64,000 bases of DNA from Nemertoderma westbladi (Eukaryota > Animalia > Xenacoelomorpha), in assembly GCA_032718475.1 (NCBI GenBank), contig JAUCBJ010007635.1, forward strand, positions 1-64,000, given 5' to 3'. Position numbers and translations under genes: made by a program. Of this stretch, positions 34,801 to 49,800 are shown piece after piece. The stretch's first letter is position 1. Every line of letters starts with the position of its first letter. The notes beneath the pieces were generated by a model. The model did not search any database. It worked only from the letters and a program-made list of their open reading frames with translations, and was not told the origin of the DNA.

Positions 34801-37800
34801 ATAACTAACTTTCACTTTCACAGTTGTATGGCTATTCCGTATGCAATAACTATTTTTCTCTTTCACAGTTGTATGGCTATTCCGTATGCAATAACTAACT
34901 TTCATTTTCACAGTTGTATGGCTATTCCGTATGCAATAACTATTTTTCTCTTTCACAGTTGTATGGCTATTCCGTATTCAATAACTAACTTTCACTTTCA
35001 CAGTTGTATGGCTATTCCGTATGCAATAACTATTTTTCTCTTTCACAGTTGTATGGCTATTCCGTATTCAATAACTAACTTTCTCTTTCACAGTTGTATG
35101 GCTATTCCGTATGCAATAACTAACTTTCTCTTTCACAGTTGTATGGCTATTCCGTATGCAATAACTATTTTTCTCTTTCACAGTTGTATGGCTATTCCGT
35201 ATTCAATAACTAACTTTCTCTTTCACAGTTGTATGGCTATTCCGTATGCAATAACTATTTTTCTCTTTCACAGTTGTATGGCTATTCCGTATTCAATAAC
35301 TAACTTTCACTTTCACAGTTGTATGGCTATTCCGTATGCAATAACTATTTTTCTCTTTCACAGTTGTATGGCTATTCCGTATTCAATAACTAACTTTCTC
35401 TTTCACAGTTGTATGGCTATTCCGTATGCAATAACTATTTTTCTCTTTCACAGTTGTATGGCTATTCCGTATTCAATAACTAACTTTCACTTTCACAGTT
35501 GTATGGCTATTCCGTATGCAATAACTATTTTTCTCTTTCACAGTTGTATGGCTATTCCGTATACAATAACTAACTTTCACTTTCACAGTTGTATGGCTAT
35601 TCCGTATGCAATAACTAACTTTCACTTTCACAGTTGTATGGCTATTCCGTATACAATAACTAACTTTCTCTTTCACAGTTGTATGGCTATTCCGTATGCA
35701 ATAACTATTTTTCTCTTTCACAGTTGTATGGCTATTCCGTATTCAATAACTAACTTTCACTTTCACAGTTGTATGGCTATTCCGTATGCAATAACTATTT
35801 TTCTCTTTCACAGTTGTATGGCTATTCCGTATGCAATAACTAACTTTCACTTTCACAGTTGTATGGCTATTCCGTATGCAATAACTATTTTTCTCTTTCA
35901 CAGTTGTATGGCTATTCCGTATGCAATAACTAACTTTCACTTTCACAGTTGTATGGCTATTCCGTATGCAATAACTAACTTTCACTTTCACAGTTGTATG
36001 GCTATTCCGTATACAATAACTATTTTTCTCTTTCACAGTTGTATGGCTATTCCGTATGCAATAACTATTTTTCTCTTTCACAGTTGTATGGCTATTCTGT
36101 ATGCAATAACTAACTTTCACTTTCACAGTTGTATGGCTATTCCGTATGCAATAACTATTTTTCTCTTTCACAGTTGTATGGCTATTCCGTATGCAATAAC
36201 TATTTTTCTCTTTCACAGTTGTATGGCTATTCCGTATGCAATAACTAACTTTCACTTTCACAGTTGTATGGCTATTCCGTATGCAATAACTAACTTTCAC
36301 TTTCACAGTTGTATGGCTATTCCGTATACAATAACTATTTTTCTCTTTCACAGTTGTATGTCTATTCCGTATGCAATAACTAACTTTCACTTTCACAGTT
36401 GTATGGCTATTCCGTATGCAATAACTAACTTTCACTTTCACAGTTGTATGGCTATTCCGTATGCAATAACTATTTTTCTCTTTCACAGTTGTATGGCTAT
36501 TCCGTATGCAATAACTATTTTTCTCTTTCACAGTTGTATGGCTATTCCGTATGCAATAACTATTTTTCTCTTTCACAGTTGTATGGCTATTCCGTATGCA
36601 ATAACTATTTTTCTCTTTCACAGTTGTATGGCTATTCCGTATGCAATAACTAACTTTCACTTTCACAGTTGTATGGCTATTCCGTATGCAATAACTAACT
36701 TTCACTTTCACAGTTGTATGGCTATTCCGTATACAATAACTAACTTTCACTTTCACAGTTGTATGGCTATTCCGTATTCAATAACTAACTTTCACTTTCA
36801 CAGTTGTATGGCTATTCCGTTTGCAATAACTAACTTTCACTTTCACAGTTGTATGGCTATTCCGTATGCAATAACTAACTTTCACTTTCACAGTTGTATG
36901 GCTATTCCGTATGCAATAACTAACTTTCACTTTCACAGTTGTATGGCTATTCCGTATACAATAACTAACTTTCACTTTCACAGTTGTATGGCTATTCCGT
37001 ATGCAATAACTAACTTTCACTTTCACAGTTGTATGGCTATTCCGTATGCAATAACTAACTTTCACTTTCACAGTTGTATGGCTATTCCGTATACAATAAC
37101 TAACTTTCACTTTCACAGTTGTATGGCTATTCCGTATGCAATAACTATTTTTCTCTTTCACAGTTGTATGGCTATTCCGTATGCAATAACTATTTTTCTC
37201 TTTCACAGTTGTATGGCTATTCCGTATGCAATAACTATTTTTCTCTTTCACAGTTGTATGGCTATTCCGTATGCAATAACTAACTTTCACTTTCACAGTT
37301 GTATGGCTATTCCGTATGCAATAACTATTTTTCTCTTTCACAGTTGTATGGCTATTCCGTATGCAATAACTAACTTTCACTTTCACAGTTGTATGGCTAT
37401 TCCGTATGCAATAACTATTTTTCTCTTTCACAGTTGTATGGCTATTCCGTATTCAATAACTAACTTTCACTTTCACAGTTGTATGGCTATTCCGTATGCA
37501 ATAACTATTTTTCTCTTTCACAGTTGTATGGCTATTCCGTATGCAATAACTAACTTTCACTTTCACAGTTGTATGGCTATTCCGTATGCAATAACTATTT
37601 TTCTCTTTCACAGTTGTATGGCTATTCCGTATGCAATAACTAACTTTCACTTTCACAGTTGTATGGCTATTCCGTATGCAATAACTATTTTTCTCTTTCA
37701 CAGTTGTATGGCTATTCCGTATGCAATAACTATTTTTCTCTTTCACAGTTGTATGGCTATTCCGTATGCAATAACTAACTTTCACTTTCACAGTTGTATG

Positions 37801-40800
37801 GCTATTCCGTATGCAATAACTATTTTTCTCTTTCACAGTTGTATGGCTATTCCGTATGCAATAACTATTTTTCTCTTTCACAGTTGTATGGCTATTCCGT
37901 ATTCAATAACTAACTTTCACTTTCACAGTTGTATGGCTATTCCGTATGCAATAACTATTTTTCTCTTTCACAGTTGTATGGCTATTCCGTATGCAATAAC
38001 TAACTTTCACTTTCACAGTTGTATGGCTATTCCGTATGCAATAACTATTTTTCTCTTTCACAGTTGTATGGCTATTCCGTATGCAATAACTATTTTTCTC
38101 TTTCACAGTTGTATGGCTATTCCGTATGCAATAACTAACTTTCACTTTCACAGTTGTATGGCTATTCCGTATGCAATAACTATTTTTCTCTTTCACAGTT
38201 GTATGGCTATTCCGTATGCAATAACTATTTTTCTCTTTCACAGTTGTATGGCTATTCCGTATGCAATAACTATTTTTCTCTTTCACAGTTGTATGGCTAT
38301 TCCGTATGCAATAACTATTTTTCTCTTTCACAGTTGTATGGCTATTCCGTATGCAATAACTATTTTTCTCTTTCACAGTTGTATGGCTATTCCGTATGCA
38401 ATAACTATTTTTCTCTTTCACAGTTGTATGGCTATTCCGTATGCAATAACTAACTTTCACTTTCACAGTTGTATGGCTATTCCGTATGCAATAACTATTT
38501 TTCTCTTTCACAGTTGTATGGCTATTCCGTATGCAATAACTAACTTTCACTTTCACAGTTGTATGGCTATTCCGTATGCAATAACTATTTTTCTCTTTCA
38601 CAGTTGTATGGCTATTCCGTATTCAATAACTAACTTTCACTTTCACAGTTGTATGGCTATTCCGTATGCAATAACTAACTTTCACTTTCACAGTTGTATG
38701 GCTATTCCGTATTCAATAACTAACTTTCACTTTCACAGTTGTATGGCTATTCCGTATGCAATAACTATTTTTCTCTTTCACAGTTGTATGGCTATTCCGT
38801 ATTCAATAACTAACTTTCACTTTCACAGTTGTATGGCTATTCCGTATGCAATAACTATTTTTCTCTTTCACAGTTGTATGGCTATTCCGTATGCAATAAC
38901 TAACTTTCACTTTCACAGTTGTATGGCTATTCCGTATGCAATAACTATTTTTCTCTTTCACAGTTGTATGGCTATTCCGTATGCAATAACTATTTTTCTC
39001 TTTCACAGTTGTATGGCTATTCCGTATGCAATAACTAACTTTCATTTTCCGAGTTGTATGGCTATTCCATATGCAATAACTAACTTTCATTTTCCGAGTT
39101 GTATGGCTATTCCGTATGCAATAACTAACTTTCATTTTCCGAGTTGTATGGCTATTCCGTATGCAATAACTAACTTTCATTTTCCGAGTTGTATGGCTAT
39201 TCCATATGCAATAACTAACTTTCATTTTCCGAGTTGTATGGCTATTCCGTATGCAATAACTAACTTTCACTTTCACAGTTGTATGGCTATTCCGTATGCA
39301 ATAACTATTTTTCTCTTTCACAGTTGTATGGCTATTCCGTATGCAATAACTATTTTTCTCTTTCACAGTTGTATGGCTATTCCGTATGCAATAACTAACT
39401 TTCATTTTCCGAGTTGTATGGCTATTCCATATGCAATAACTAACTTTCATTTTCCGAGTTGTATGGCTATTCCGTATGCAATAACTAACTTTCATTTTCC
39501 GAGTTGTATGGCTATTCCGTATGCAATAACTAACTTTCATTTTCCGAGTTGTATGGCTATTCCATATGCAATAACTAACTTTCATTTTCCGAGTTGTATG
39601 GCTATTCCGTATGCAATAACTAACTTTCATTTTCCGAGTTGTATGGCTATTCCGTATGCAATAACTAACTTTCACTTTCACAGTTGTATGGCTATTCCGT
39701 ATGCAATAACTAACTTTCACTTTCACAGTTGTATGGCTATTCCGTATTCAATAACTATTTTTCTCTTTCACAGTTGTATGGCTATTCCGTATGCAATAAC
39801 TAACTTTCACTTTCACAGTTGTATGGCTATTCCGTATGCAATAACTATTTTTCTCTTTCACAGTTGTATGTATGGCTATTCCGTATTCAATAACTATTTT
39901 TCTCTTTCACAGTTGTATGGCTATTCCGTATGCAATAACTAACTTTCACTTTCACAGTTGTATGGCTATTCCGTATGCAATAACTATTTTTCTCTTTCAC
40001 AGTTGTATGGCTATTCCGTATGCAATAACTAACTTTCACTTTCACAGTTGTATGGCTATTCCGTATGCAATAACTATTTTTCTCTTTCACAGTTGTATGG
40101 CTATTCCGTATGCAATAACTAACTTTCACTTTCACAGTTGTATGGCTATTCCGTATGCAATAACTAACTTTCACTTTCACAGTTGTATGGCTATTCCGTA
40201 TGCAATAACTAACTTTCACTTTCACAGTTGTATGGCTATTCCGTATGCAATAACTAACTTTCATTTTCCGAGTTGTATGGCTATTCCATATGCAATAACT
40301 AACTTTCATTTTCCGAGTTGTATGGCTATTCCGTATGCAATAACTAACTTTCATTTTCCGAGTTGTATGGCTATTCCGTATGCAATAACTAACTTTCACT
40401 TTCACAGTTGTATGGCTATTCCGTATGCAATAACTAACTTTCACTTTCACAGTTGTATGGCTATTCCGTATGCAATAACTATTTTTCTCTTTCACAGTTG
40501 TATGGCTATTCCGTATGCAATAACTAACTTTCACTTTCACAGTTGTATGGCTATTCCGTATGCAATAACTAACTTTCACTTTCACAGTTGTATGGCTATT
40601 CCGTATGCAATAACTAACTTTCATTTTCCGAGTTGTATGGCTATTCCATATGCAATAACTAACTTTCATTTTCCGAGTTGTATGGCTATTCCGTATGCAA
40701 TAACTAACTTTCATTTTCCGAGTTGTATGGCTATTCCGTATGCAATAACTAACTTTCACTTTCACAGTTGTATGGCTATTCCGTATGCAATAACTAACTT

Positions 40801-43800
40801 TCACTTTCACAGTTGTATGGCTATTCCGTATTCAATAACTATTTTTCTCTTTCACAGTTGTATGGCTATTCCGTATGCAATAACTAACTTTCACTTTCAC
40901 AGTTGTATGGCTATTCCGTATGCAATAACTATTTTTCTCTTTCACAGTTGTATGTATGGCTATTCCGTATTCAATAACTATTTTTCTCTTTCACAGTTGT
41001 ATGGCTATTCCGTATGCAATAACTAACTTTCACTTTCACAGTTGTATGGCTATTCCGTATGCAATAACTATTTTTCTCTTTCACAGTTGTATGGCTATTC
41101 CGTATGCAATAACTAACTTTCACTTTCACAGTTGTATGGCTATTCCGTATGCAATAACTAACTTTCACTTTCACAGTTGTATGGCTATTCCGTATTCAAT
41201 AACTATTTTTCTCTTTCACAGTTGTATGGCTATTCCGTATGCAATAACTAACTTTCACTTTCACAGTTGTATGGCTATTCCGTATGCAATAACTATTTTT
41301 CTCTTTCACAGTTGTATGTATGGCTATTCCGTATTCAATAACTATTTTTCTCTTTCACAGTTGTATGGCTATTCCGTATGCAATAACTAACTTTCACTTT
41401 CACAGTTGTATGGCTATTCCGTATGCAATAACTATTTTTCTCTTTCACAGTTGTATGGCTATTCCGTATGCAATAACTAACTTTCACTTTCACAGTTGTA
41501 TGGCTATTCCGTATGCAATAACTATTTTTCTCTTTCACAGTTGTATGGCTATTCCGTATGCAATAACTATTTTTCTCTTTCACAGTTGTATGGCTATTCC
41601 GTATGCAATAACTAACTTTCATTTTCCGAGTTGTATGGCTATTCCATATGCAATAACTAACTTTCATTTTCCGAGTTGTATGGCTATTCCGTATGCAATA
41701 ACTAACTTTCATTTTCCGAGTTGTATGGCTATTCCGTATGCAATAACTAACTTTCATTTTCCGAGTTGTATGGCTATTCCATATGCAATAACTAACTTTC
41801 ATTTTCCGAGTTGTATGGCTATTCCGTATGCAATAACTAACTTTCATTTTCCGAGTTGTATGGCTATTCCGTATGCAATAACTAACTTTCACTTTCACAG
41901 TTGTATGGCTATTCCGTATGCAATAACTAACTTTCACTTTCACAGTTGTATGGCTATTCCGTATTCAATAACTAACTTTCACTTTCACAGTTGTATGGCT
42001 ATTCCGTATGCAATAACTATTTTTCTCTTTCACAGTTGTATGGCTATTCCGTATGCAATAACTAACTTTCACTTTCACAGTTGTATGGCTATTCCGTATG
42101 CAATAACTATTTTTCTCTTTCACAGTTGTATGGCTATTCCGTATGCAATAACTATTTTTCTCTTTCACAGTTGTATGGCTATTCCGTATGCAATAACTAA
42201 CTTTCACTTTCACAGTTGTATGGCTATTCCGTATGCAATAACTATTTTTCACTTTCACAGTTGTATGGCTATTCCGTATGCAATAACTATTTTTCTCTTT
42301 CACAGTTGTATGGCTATTCCGTATGCAATAACTAACTTTCACTTTCACAGTTGTATGGCTATTCCGTATGCAATAACTAACTTTCACTTTCACAGTTGTA
42401 TGTCTATTCCGTATGCAATAACTATTTTTCTCTTTCACAGTTGTATGGCTATTCCGTATGCAATAACTATTTTTCTCTTTCACAGTTGTATGGCTATTCC
42501 GTATGCAATAACTATTTTTCTCTTTCACAGTTGTATGGCTATTCCGTATGCAATAACTATTTTTCTCTTTCACAGTTGTATGGCTATTCCGTATGCAATA
42601 ACTAACTTTCACTTTCACAGTTGTATGGCTATTCCGTATGCAATAACTAACTTTCACTTTCACAGTTGTATGTCTATTCCGTATGCAATAACTAACTTTC
42701 ACTTTCACAGTTGTATGGCTATTCCGTATGCAATAACTAACTTTCACTTTCACAGTTGTATGGCTATTCCGTATGCAATAACTAACTTTCACTTTCACAG
42801 TTGTATGGCTATTCCGTATGCAATAACTATTTTTCTCTTTCACAGTTGTATGGCTATTCCGTATGCAATAACTAACTTTCACTTTCACAGTTGTATAGCT
42901 ATTCCGTATGCAATAACTATTTTTCTCTTTCACAGTTGTATGGCTATTCCGTATGCAATAACTATTTTTCTCTTTCACAGTTGTATGGCTATTCCGTATG
43001 CAATAACTATTTTTCTCTTTCACAGTTGTATGGCTATTCCGTATGCAATAACTATTTTTCTCTTTCACAGTTGTATGGCTATTCCGTATGCAATAACTAA
43101 CTTTCTCTTTCACAGTTGTATGGCTATTCAGTATGCAATAACTATTTTTCTCTTTCACAGTTGTATGGCTATTCCGTATGCAATAACTAACTTTCACTTT
43201 CACAGTTGTATGGCTATTCCGTATGCAATAACTATTTTTCTCTTTCACAGTTGTATGGCTATTCCGTATGCAATAACTAACTTTCTCTTTCACTGTTGTA
43301 TGGCTATTCCGTATACAATAACTAACTTTCACTTTCACAGTTGTATGGCTATTCCGTATGCAATAACTAACTTTTACTTTCACAGTTGTATGGCTATTCC
43401 GTATGCAATAACTAACTTTTACTTTCACAGTTGTATGGCTATTCCGTATGCAATAACTAACTTTCACTTTCACAGTTGTATGGCTATTCCGTATGCAATA
43501 ACTAACTTTCACTTTCACAGTTGTATGGCTATTCCGCATGCAATAACTAACTTTCACTTTCAGGGTTGTATGTATGGCTATTCCGTATGCAATAACTATT
43601 TTTCTCTTTCACAGTTGTATGGCTATTCCGTATGCAATAACTAACTTTCACTTTCACAGTTGTATGGCTATTCCGTATGCAATAACTATTTTTCTCTTTC
43701 ACAGTTGTATGGCTATTCCGTATGCAATAACTAACTTTCACTTTCACAGTTGTATGGCTATTCCGTATGCAATAACTAACTTTTACTTTCACAGTTGTAT

Positions 43801-46800
43801 GGCTATTCCGTATGCAATAACTAACTTTTACTTTCACAGTTGTATGGCTATTCCGTATGCAATAACTAACTTTCACTTTCACAGTTGTATGGCTATTCCG
43901 TATGCAATAACTAACTTTCACTTTCAGGGTTGTATGGCTATTCCGTATGCAATAACTAACTTTCACTTTCACAGTTGTATGGCTATTCCGTATGCAATAA
44001 CTAACTTTCACTTTCAGGGTTGTATGTATGGCTATTCCGTATGCAATAACTATTTTTCTCTTTCACAGTTGTATGGCTATTCCGTATGCAATAACTAACT
44101 TTCACTTTCACAGTTGTATGGCTATTCCGTATGCAATAACTATTTTTCTCTTTCACAGTTGTATAACTATTCCGTATGCAATAACTAACTTTCACTTTCA
44201 CAGTTGTATGGCTATTCCGTATGCAATAACTAACTTTTACTTTCACAGTTGTATGGCTATTCCGTATGCAATAACTAACTTTCACTTTCACAGTTGTATG
44301 GCTATTCCGTATGCAATAACTAACTTTCACTTTCAGGGTTGTATGTATGGCTATTCCGTATGCAATAACTATTTTTCTCTTTCACAGTTGTATGGCTATT
44401 CCGTATGCAATAACTAACTTTCACTTTCACAGTTGTATGGCTATTCCGTATGCAATAACTAACTTTCACTTTCACAGTTGTATGGCTATTCCGTATGCAA
44501 TAACTAACTTTTACTTTCACAGTTGTATGGCTATTCCGTATGCAATAACTAACTTTTACTTTCACAGTTGTATGGCTATTCCGTATGCAATAACTAACTT
44601 TCACTTTCACAGTTGTATGGCTATTCCGTATGCAATAACTAACTTTCACTTTCAGGGTTGTATGGCTATTCCGTATGCAATAACTAACTTTCACTTTCAC
44701 AGTTGTATGGCTATTCCGTATGCAATAACTATTTTTCTCTTTCACAGTTGTATGGCTATTCCGTATGCAATAACTAACTTTCACTTTCACAGTTGTATGG
44801 CTATTCCGTATGCAATAACTAACTTTTACTTTCACAGTTGTATGGCTATTCCGTATGCAATAACTAACTTTCACTTTCAGGGTTGTATGGCTATTCCGTA
44901 TGCAATAACTAACTTTCACTTTCACAGTTGTATGGCTATTCCGTATGCAATAACTAACTTTCACTTTCAGGGTTGTATGGCTATTCCGTATGCAATAACT
45001 AACTTTCACTTTCACAGTTGTATGGCTATTCCGTATGCAATAACTAACTTTCACTTTCACAGTTGTATGGCTATTCCGTATGCAATAACTAACTTTTACT
45101 TTCACAGTTGTATGGCTATTCCGTATGCAATAACTAACTTTCACTTTCAGGGTTGTATGGCTATTCCGTATGCAATAACTAACTTTCACTTTCACAGTTG
45201 TATGGCTATTCCGTATGCAATAACTAACTTTCACTTTCAGGGTTGTATGGCTATTCCGTATGCAATAACTAACTTTCACTTTCACAGTTGTATGGCTATT
45301 CCGTATGCAATAACTAACTTTCACTTTCACAGTTGTATGGCTATTCCGTATGCAATAACTAACTTTTACTTTCACAGTTGTATGGCTATTCCGTATGCAA
45401 TAACTAACTTTTACTTTCACAGTTGTATGGCTATTCCGTATGCAATAACTAACTTTCACTTTCAGGGTTGTATGGCTATTCCGTATGCAATAACTAACTT
45501 TCACTTTCACAGTTGTATGGCTATTCCGTATGCAATAACTAACTTTTACTTTCACAGTTGTATGGCTATTCCGTATGCAATAACTAACTTTCACTTTCAG
45601 GGTTGTATGGCTATTCCGTATGCAATAACTAACTTTCACTTTCAGGGTTGTATGGCTATTCCGTATGCAATAACTAACTTTCACTTTCACAGTTGTATGG
45701 CTATTCCGTATGCAATAACTAACTTTCACTTTCAGGGTTGTATGGCTATTCCGTATGCAATAACTAACTTTCACTTTCACAGTTGTATGGCTATTCCGTA
45801 TGCAATAACTATTTTTCTCTTTCACAGTTGTATGGCTATTCCGTATGCAATAACTAACTTTCACTTTCACAGTTGTATGGCTATTCCGTATGCAATAACT
45901 AACTTTTACTTTCACAGTTGTATGGCTATTCCGTATGCAATAACTAACTTTCACTTTCACTGTTGTATGGCTATTCCGTATGCAATAACTATTTTTCTCT
46001 TTCACAGTTGTATGGCTATTCCGTATGCAATAACTAACTTTCACTTTCACTGTTGTATGGCTATTCCGTATGCAATAACTAACTTTCACTTTCACAGTTG
46101 TATGGCTATTCCGTATGCAATAACTAACTTTCACTTTCAGGGTTGTATGTATGGCTATTCCGTATGCAATAACTAACTTTCACTTTCACAGTTGTATGGC
46201 TATTCCGTATGCAATAACTAACTTTCACTTTCACAGTTGTATGGCTATTCTGTATGCAATAACTAACTTTCTCTTTCACAGTTGTATGGCTATTCCGTAT
46301 GCAATAACTAACTTTCACTTTCACAGTTGTATGGCTATTCCGTATGCAATAACTATTTTTCTCTTTCACAGTTGTATGGCTATTCCGTATGCAATAACTA
46401 ACTTTCACTTTCACTGTTGTATGGCTATTCCGTATGCAATAACTAACTTTCACTTTCACAGTTGTATGGCTATTCCGTATGCAATAACTAACTTTCACTT
46501 TCAGGGTTGTATGTATGGCTATTCCGTATGCAATAACTAACTTTCACTTTCAGGGTTGTATGTATGGCTATTCCGTATGCAATAACTAACTTTCACTTTC
46601 ACAGTTGTATTGCTATTCCGTATGCAATAACTATTTTTCTCTTTCACAGTTGTATGGCTATTCCGTATGCAATAACTAACTTTCACTTTCACAGTTGTAT
46701 GGCTATTCCGTATGCAATAACTAACTTTCACTTTCACAGTTGTATGGCTATTCCGTATGCAATAACTAACTTTCTCTTTCACAGTTGTATGGCTATTCCG

Positions 46801-49800
46801 TATGCAATAACTAACTTTCACTTTCACTGTTGTATGGCTATTCCGTATGCAATAACTATTTTTCTCTTTCACAGTTGTATGGCTATTCCGTATGCAATAA
46901 CTAACTTTCACTTTCACTGTTGTATGGCTATTCCGTATGCAATAACTAACTTTCACTTTCACAGTTGTATGGCTATTCCGTATGCAATAACTAACTTTCA
47001 CTTTCAGGGTTGTATGTATGGCTATTCCGTATGCAATAACTAACTTTCACTTTCACAGTTGTATTGCTATTCCGTATGCAATAACTATTTTTCTCTTTCA
47101 CAGTTGTATGGCTATTCCGTATGCAATAACTAACTTTCACTTTCACAGTTGTATGGCTATTCCGTATGCAATAACTAACTTTTACTTTCACAGTTGTATG
47201 GCTATTCCGTATGCAATAACTAACTTTCACTTTCACAGTTGTATGGCTATTCCGTATGCAATAACTAACTTTTACTTTCACAGTTGTATGGCTATTCCGT
47301 ATGCAATAACTAACTTTTACTTTCACAGTTGTATGGCTATTCCGTATGCAATAACTAACTTTCACTTTCACAGTTGTATGGCTATTCCGTATGCAATAAC
47401 TAACTTTCACTTTCACAGTTGTATGGCTATTCCGTATGCAATAACTAACTTTCACTTTCACTGTTGTATGGCTATTCCGTATGCAATAACTAACTTTCAC
47501 TTTCACAGTTGTATGGCTATTCCGTATGCAATAACTAACTTTCACTTTCACAGTTGTATGGCTATTCCGTATGCAATAACTAACTTTCACTTTCACTGTT
47601 GTATGGCTATTCCGTATGCAATAACTAACTTTCACTTTCACAGTTGTATAGCTATTCCGTATGCAATAACTAACTTTCACTTTCACTGTTGTATGGCTAT
47701 TCCGTATGCAATAACTAACTTTCACTTTCACAGTTGTATGGCTATTCCGTATGCAATAACTAACTTTCACTTTCACAGTTGTATGGCTATTCCGTATGCA
47801 ATAACTAACTTTCACTTTCACTGTTGTATGGCTATTCCGTATGCAATAACTAACTTTCACTTTCACAGTTGTATAGCTATTCCGTATGCAATAACTAACT
47901 TTCACTTTCACAGTTGTATAGCTATTCCGTATGCAATAACTATTTTTCTCTTTCACAGTTGTATGGCTATTCCGTATGCAATAACTAACTTTCACTTTCA
48001 CAGTTGTATAGCTATTCCGTATGCAATAACTAACTTTCACTTTCACAGTTGTATAGCTATTCCGTATGCAATAACTATTTTTCTCTTTCACAGTTGTATG
48101 GCTATTCCGTATGCAATAACTAACTTTCACTTTCACAGTTGTATAGCTATTCCGTATGCAATAACTAACTTTCACTTTCACAGTTGTATAGCTATTCCGT
48201 ATGCAATAACTATTTTTCTCTTTCACAGTTGTATAGCTATTCCGTATGCAATAACTATTTTTCTCTTTCACAGTTGTATGGCTATTCCGTATGCAATAAC
48301 TAACTTTCACTTTCACAGTTGTATAGCTATTCCGTATGCAATAACTATTTTTCTCTTTCACAGTTGTATGGCTATTCCGTATGCAATAACTAACTTTCAC
48401 TTTCCGAGTTGTATGGCTATTCCGTATGCAATAACTAACTTTCACTTTCACAGTTGTATAGCTATTCCGTATGCAATAACTATTTTTCTCTTTCACAGTT
48501 GTATGGCTATTCCGTATGCAATAACTAACTTTCACTTTCACAGTTGTACGGTTATTCCGTATACAATAACTAACTTTCTCTTTCACAGTTGTATGGCTAT
48601 TCCGTATGCAATAACTAACTTTCACTTTCACAGTTGTATAGCTATTCCGTATGCAATAACTAACTTTCACTTTCACAGTTGTATAGCTATTCCGTATGCA
48701 ATAACTATTTTTCTCTTTCACAGTTGTATGGCTATTCCGTATGCAATAACTAACTTTCACTTTCACTGTTGTATGGCTATTCCGTATGCAATAACTAACT
48801 TTCACTTTCACTGTTGTATGGCTATTCCGTATGCAATAACTAACTTTCACTTTCACAGTTGTATAGCTATTCCGTATGCAATAACTAACTTTCACTTTCA
48901 CTGTTGTATGGCTATTCCGTATGCAATAACTAACTTTCACTTTCACAGTTGTATGGCTATTCCGTATGCAATAACTAACTTTCACTTTCACAGTTGTATG
49001 GCTATTCCGTATGCAATAACTAACTTTCACTTTCACTGTTGTATGGCTATTCCGTATGCAATAACTAACTTTCACTTTCACAGTTGTATAGCTATTCCGT
49101 ATGCAATAACTAACTTTCACTTTCACAGTTGTATAGCTATTCCGTATGCAATAACTATTTTTCTCTTTCACAGTTGTATGGCTATTCCGTATGCAATAAC
49201 TAACTTTCACTTTCACAGTTGTATGGCTATTCCGTATGCAATAACTATTTTTCTCTTTCACAGTTGTATGGCTATTCCGTATGCAATAACTAACTTTCAC
49301 TTTCACAGTTGTATGGCTATTCCGTATGCAATAACTATTTTTCTCTTTCACAGTTGTATGGCTATTCCGTATGCAATAACTAACTTTCACTTTCACAGTT
49401 GTATGGCTATTCCGTATGCAATAACTATTTTTCTCTTTCACAGTTGTATTGCTATTCCGTATGCAATAACTAACTTTCTCTTTCACAGTTGTATGGCTAT
49501 TCCGTATGCAATAACTATTTTTCTCTTTCACAGTTGTATGGCTATTCCGTATGCAATAACTAACTTTCACTTTCACAGTTGTATGGCTATTCCGTATGCA
49601 ATAACTATTTTTCTCTTTCACAGTTGTATGGCTATTCCGTATGCAATAACTAACTTTCACTTTCACAGTTGTATGGCTATTCCGTATGCAATAACTATTT
49701 TTCTCTTTCACAGTTGTATGGCTATTCCGTATGCAATAACTAACTTTCACTTTCACAGTTGTATGGCTATTCCGTATGCAATAACTATTTTTCTCTTTCA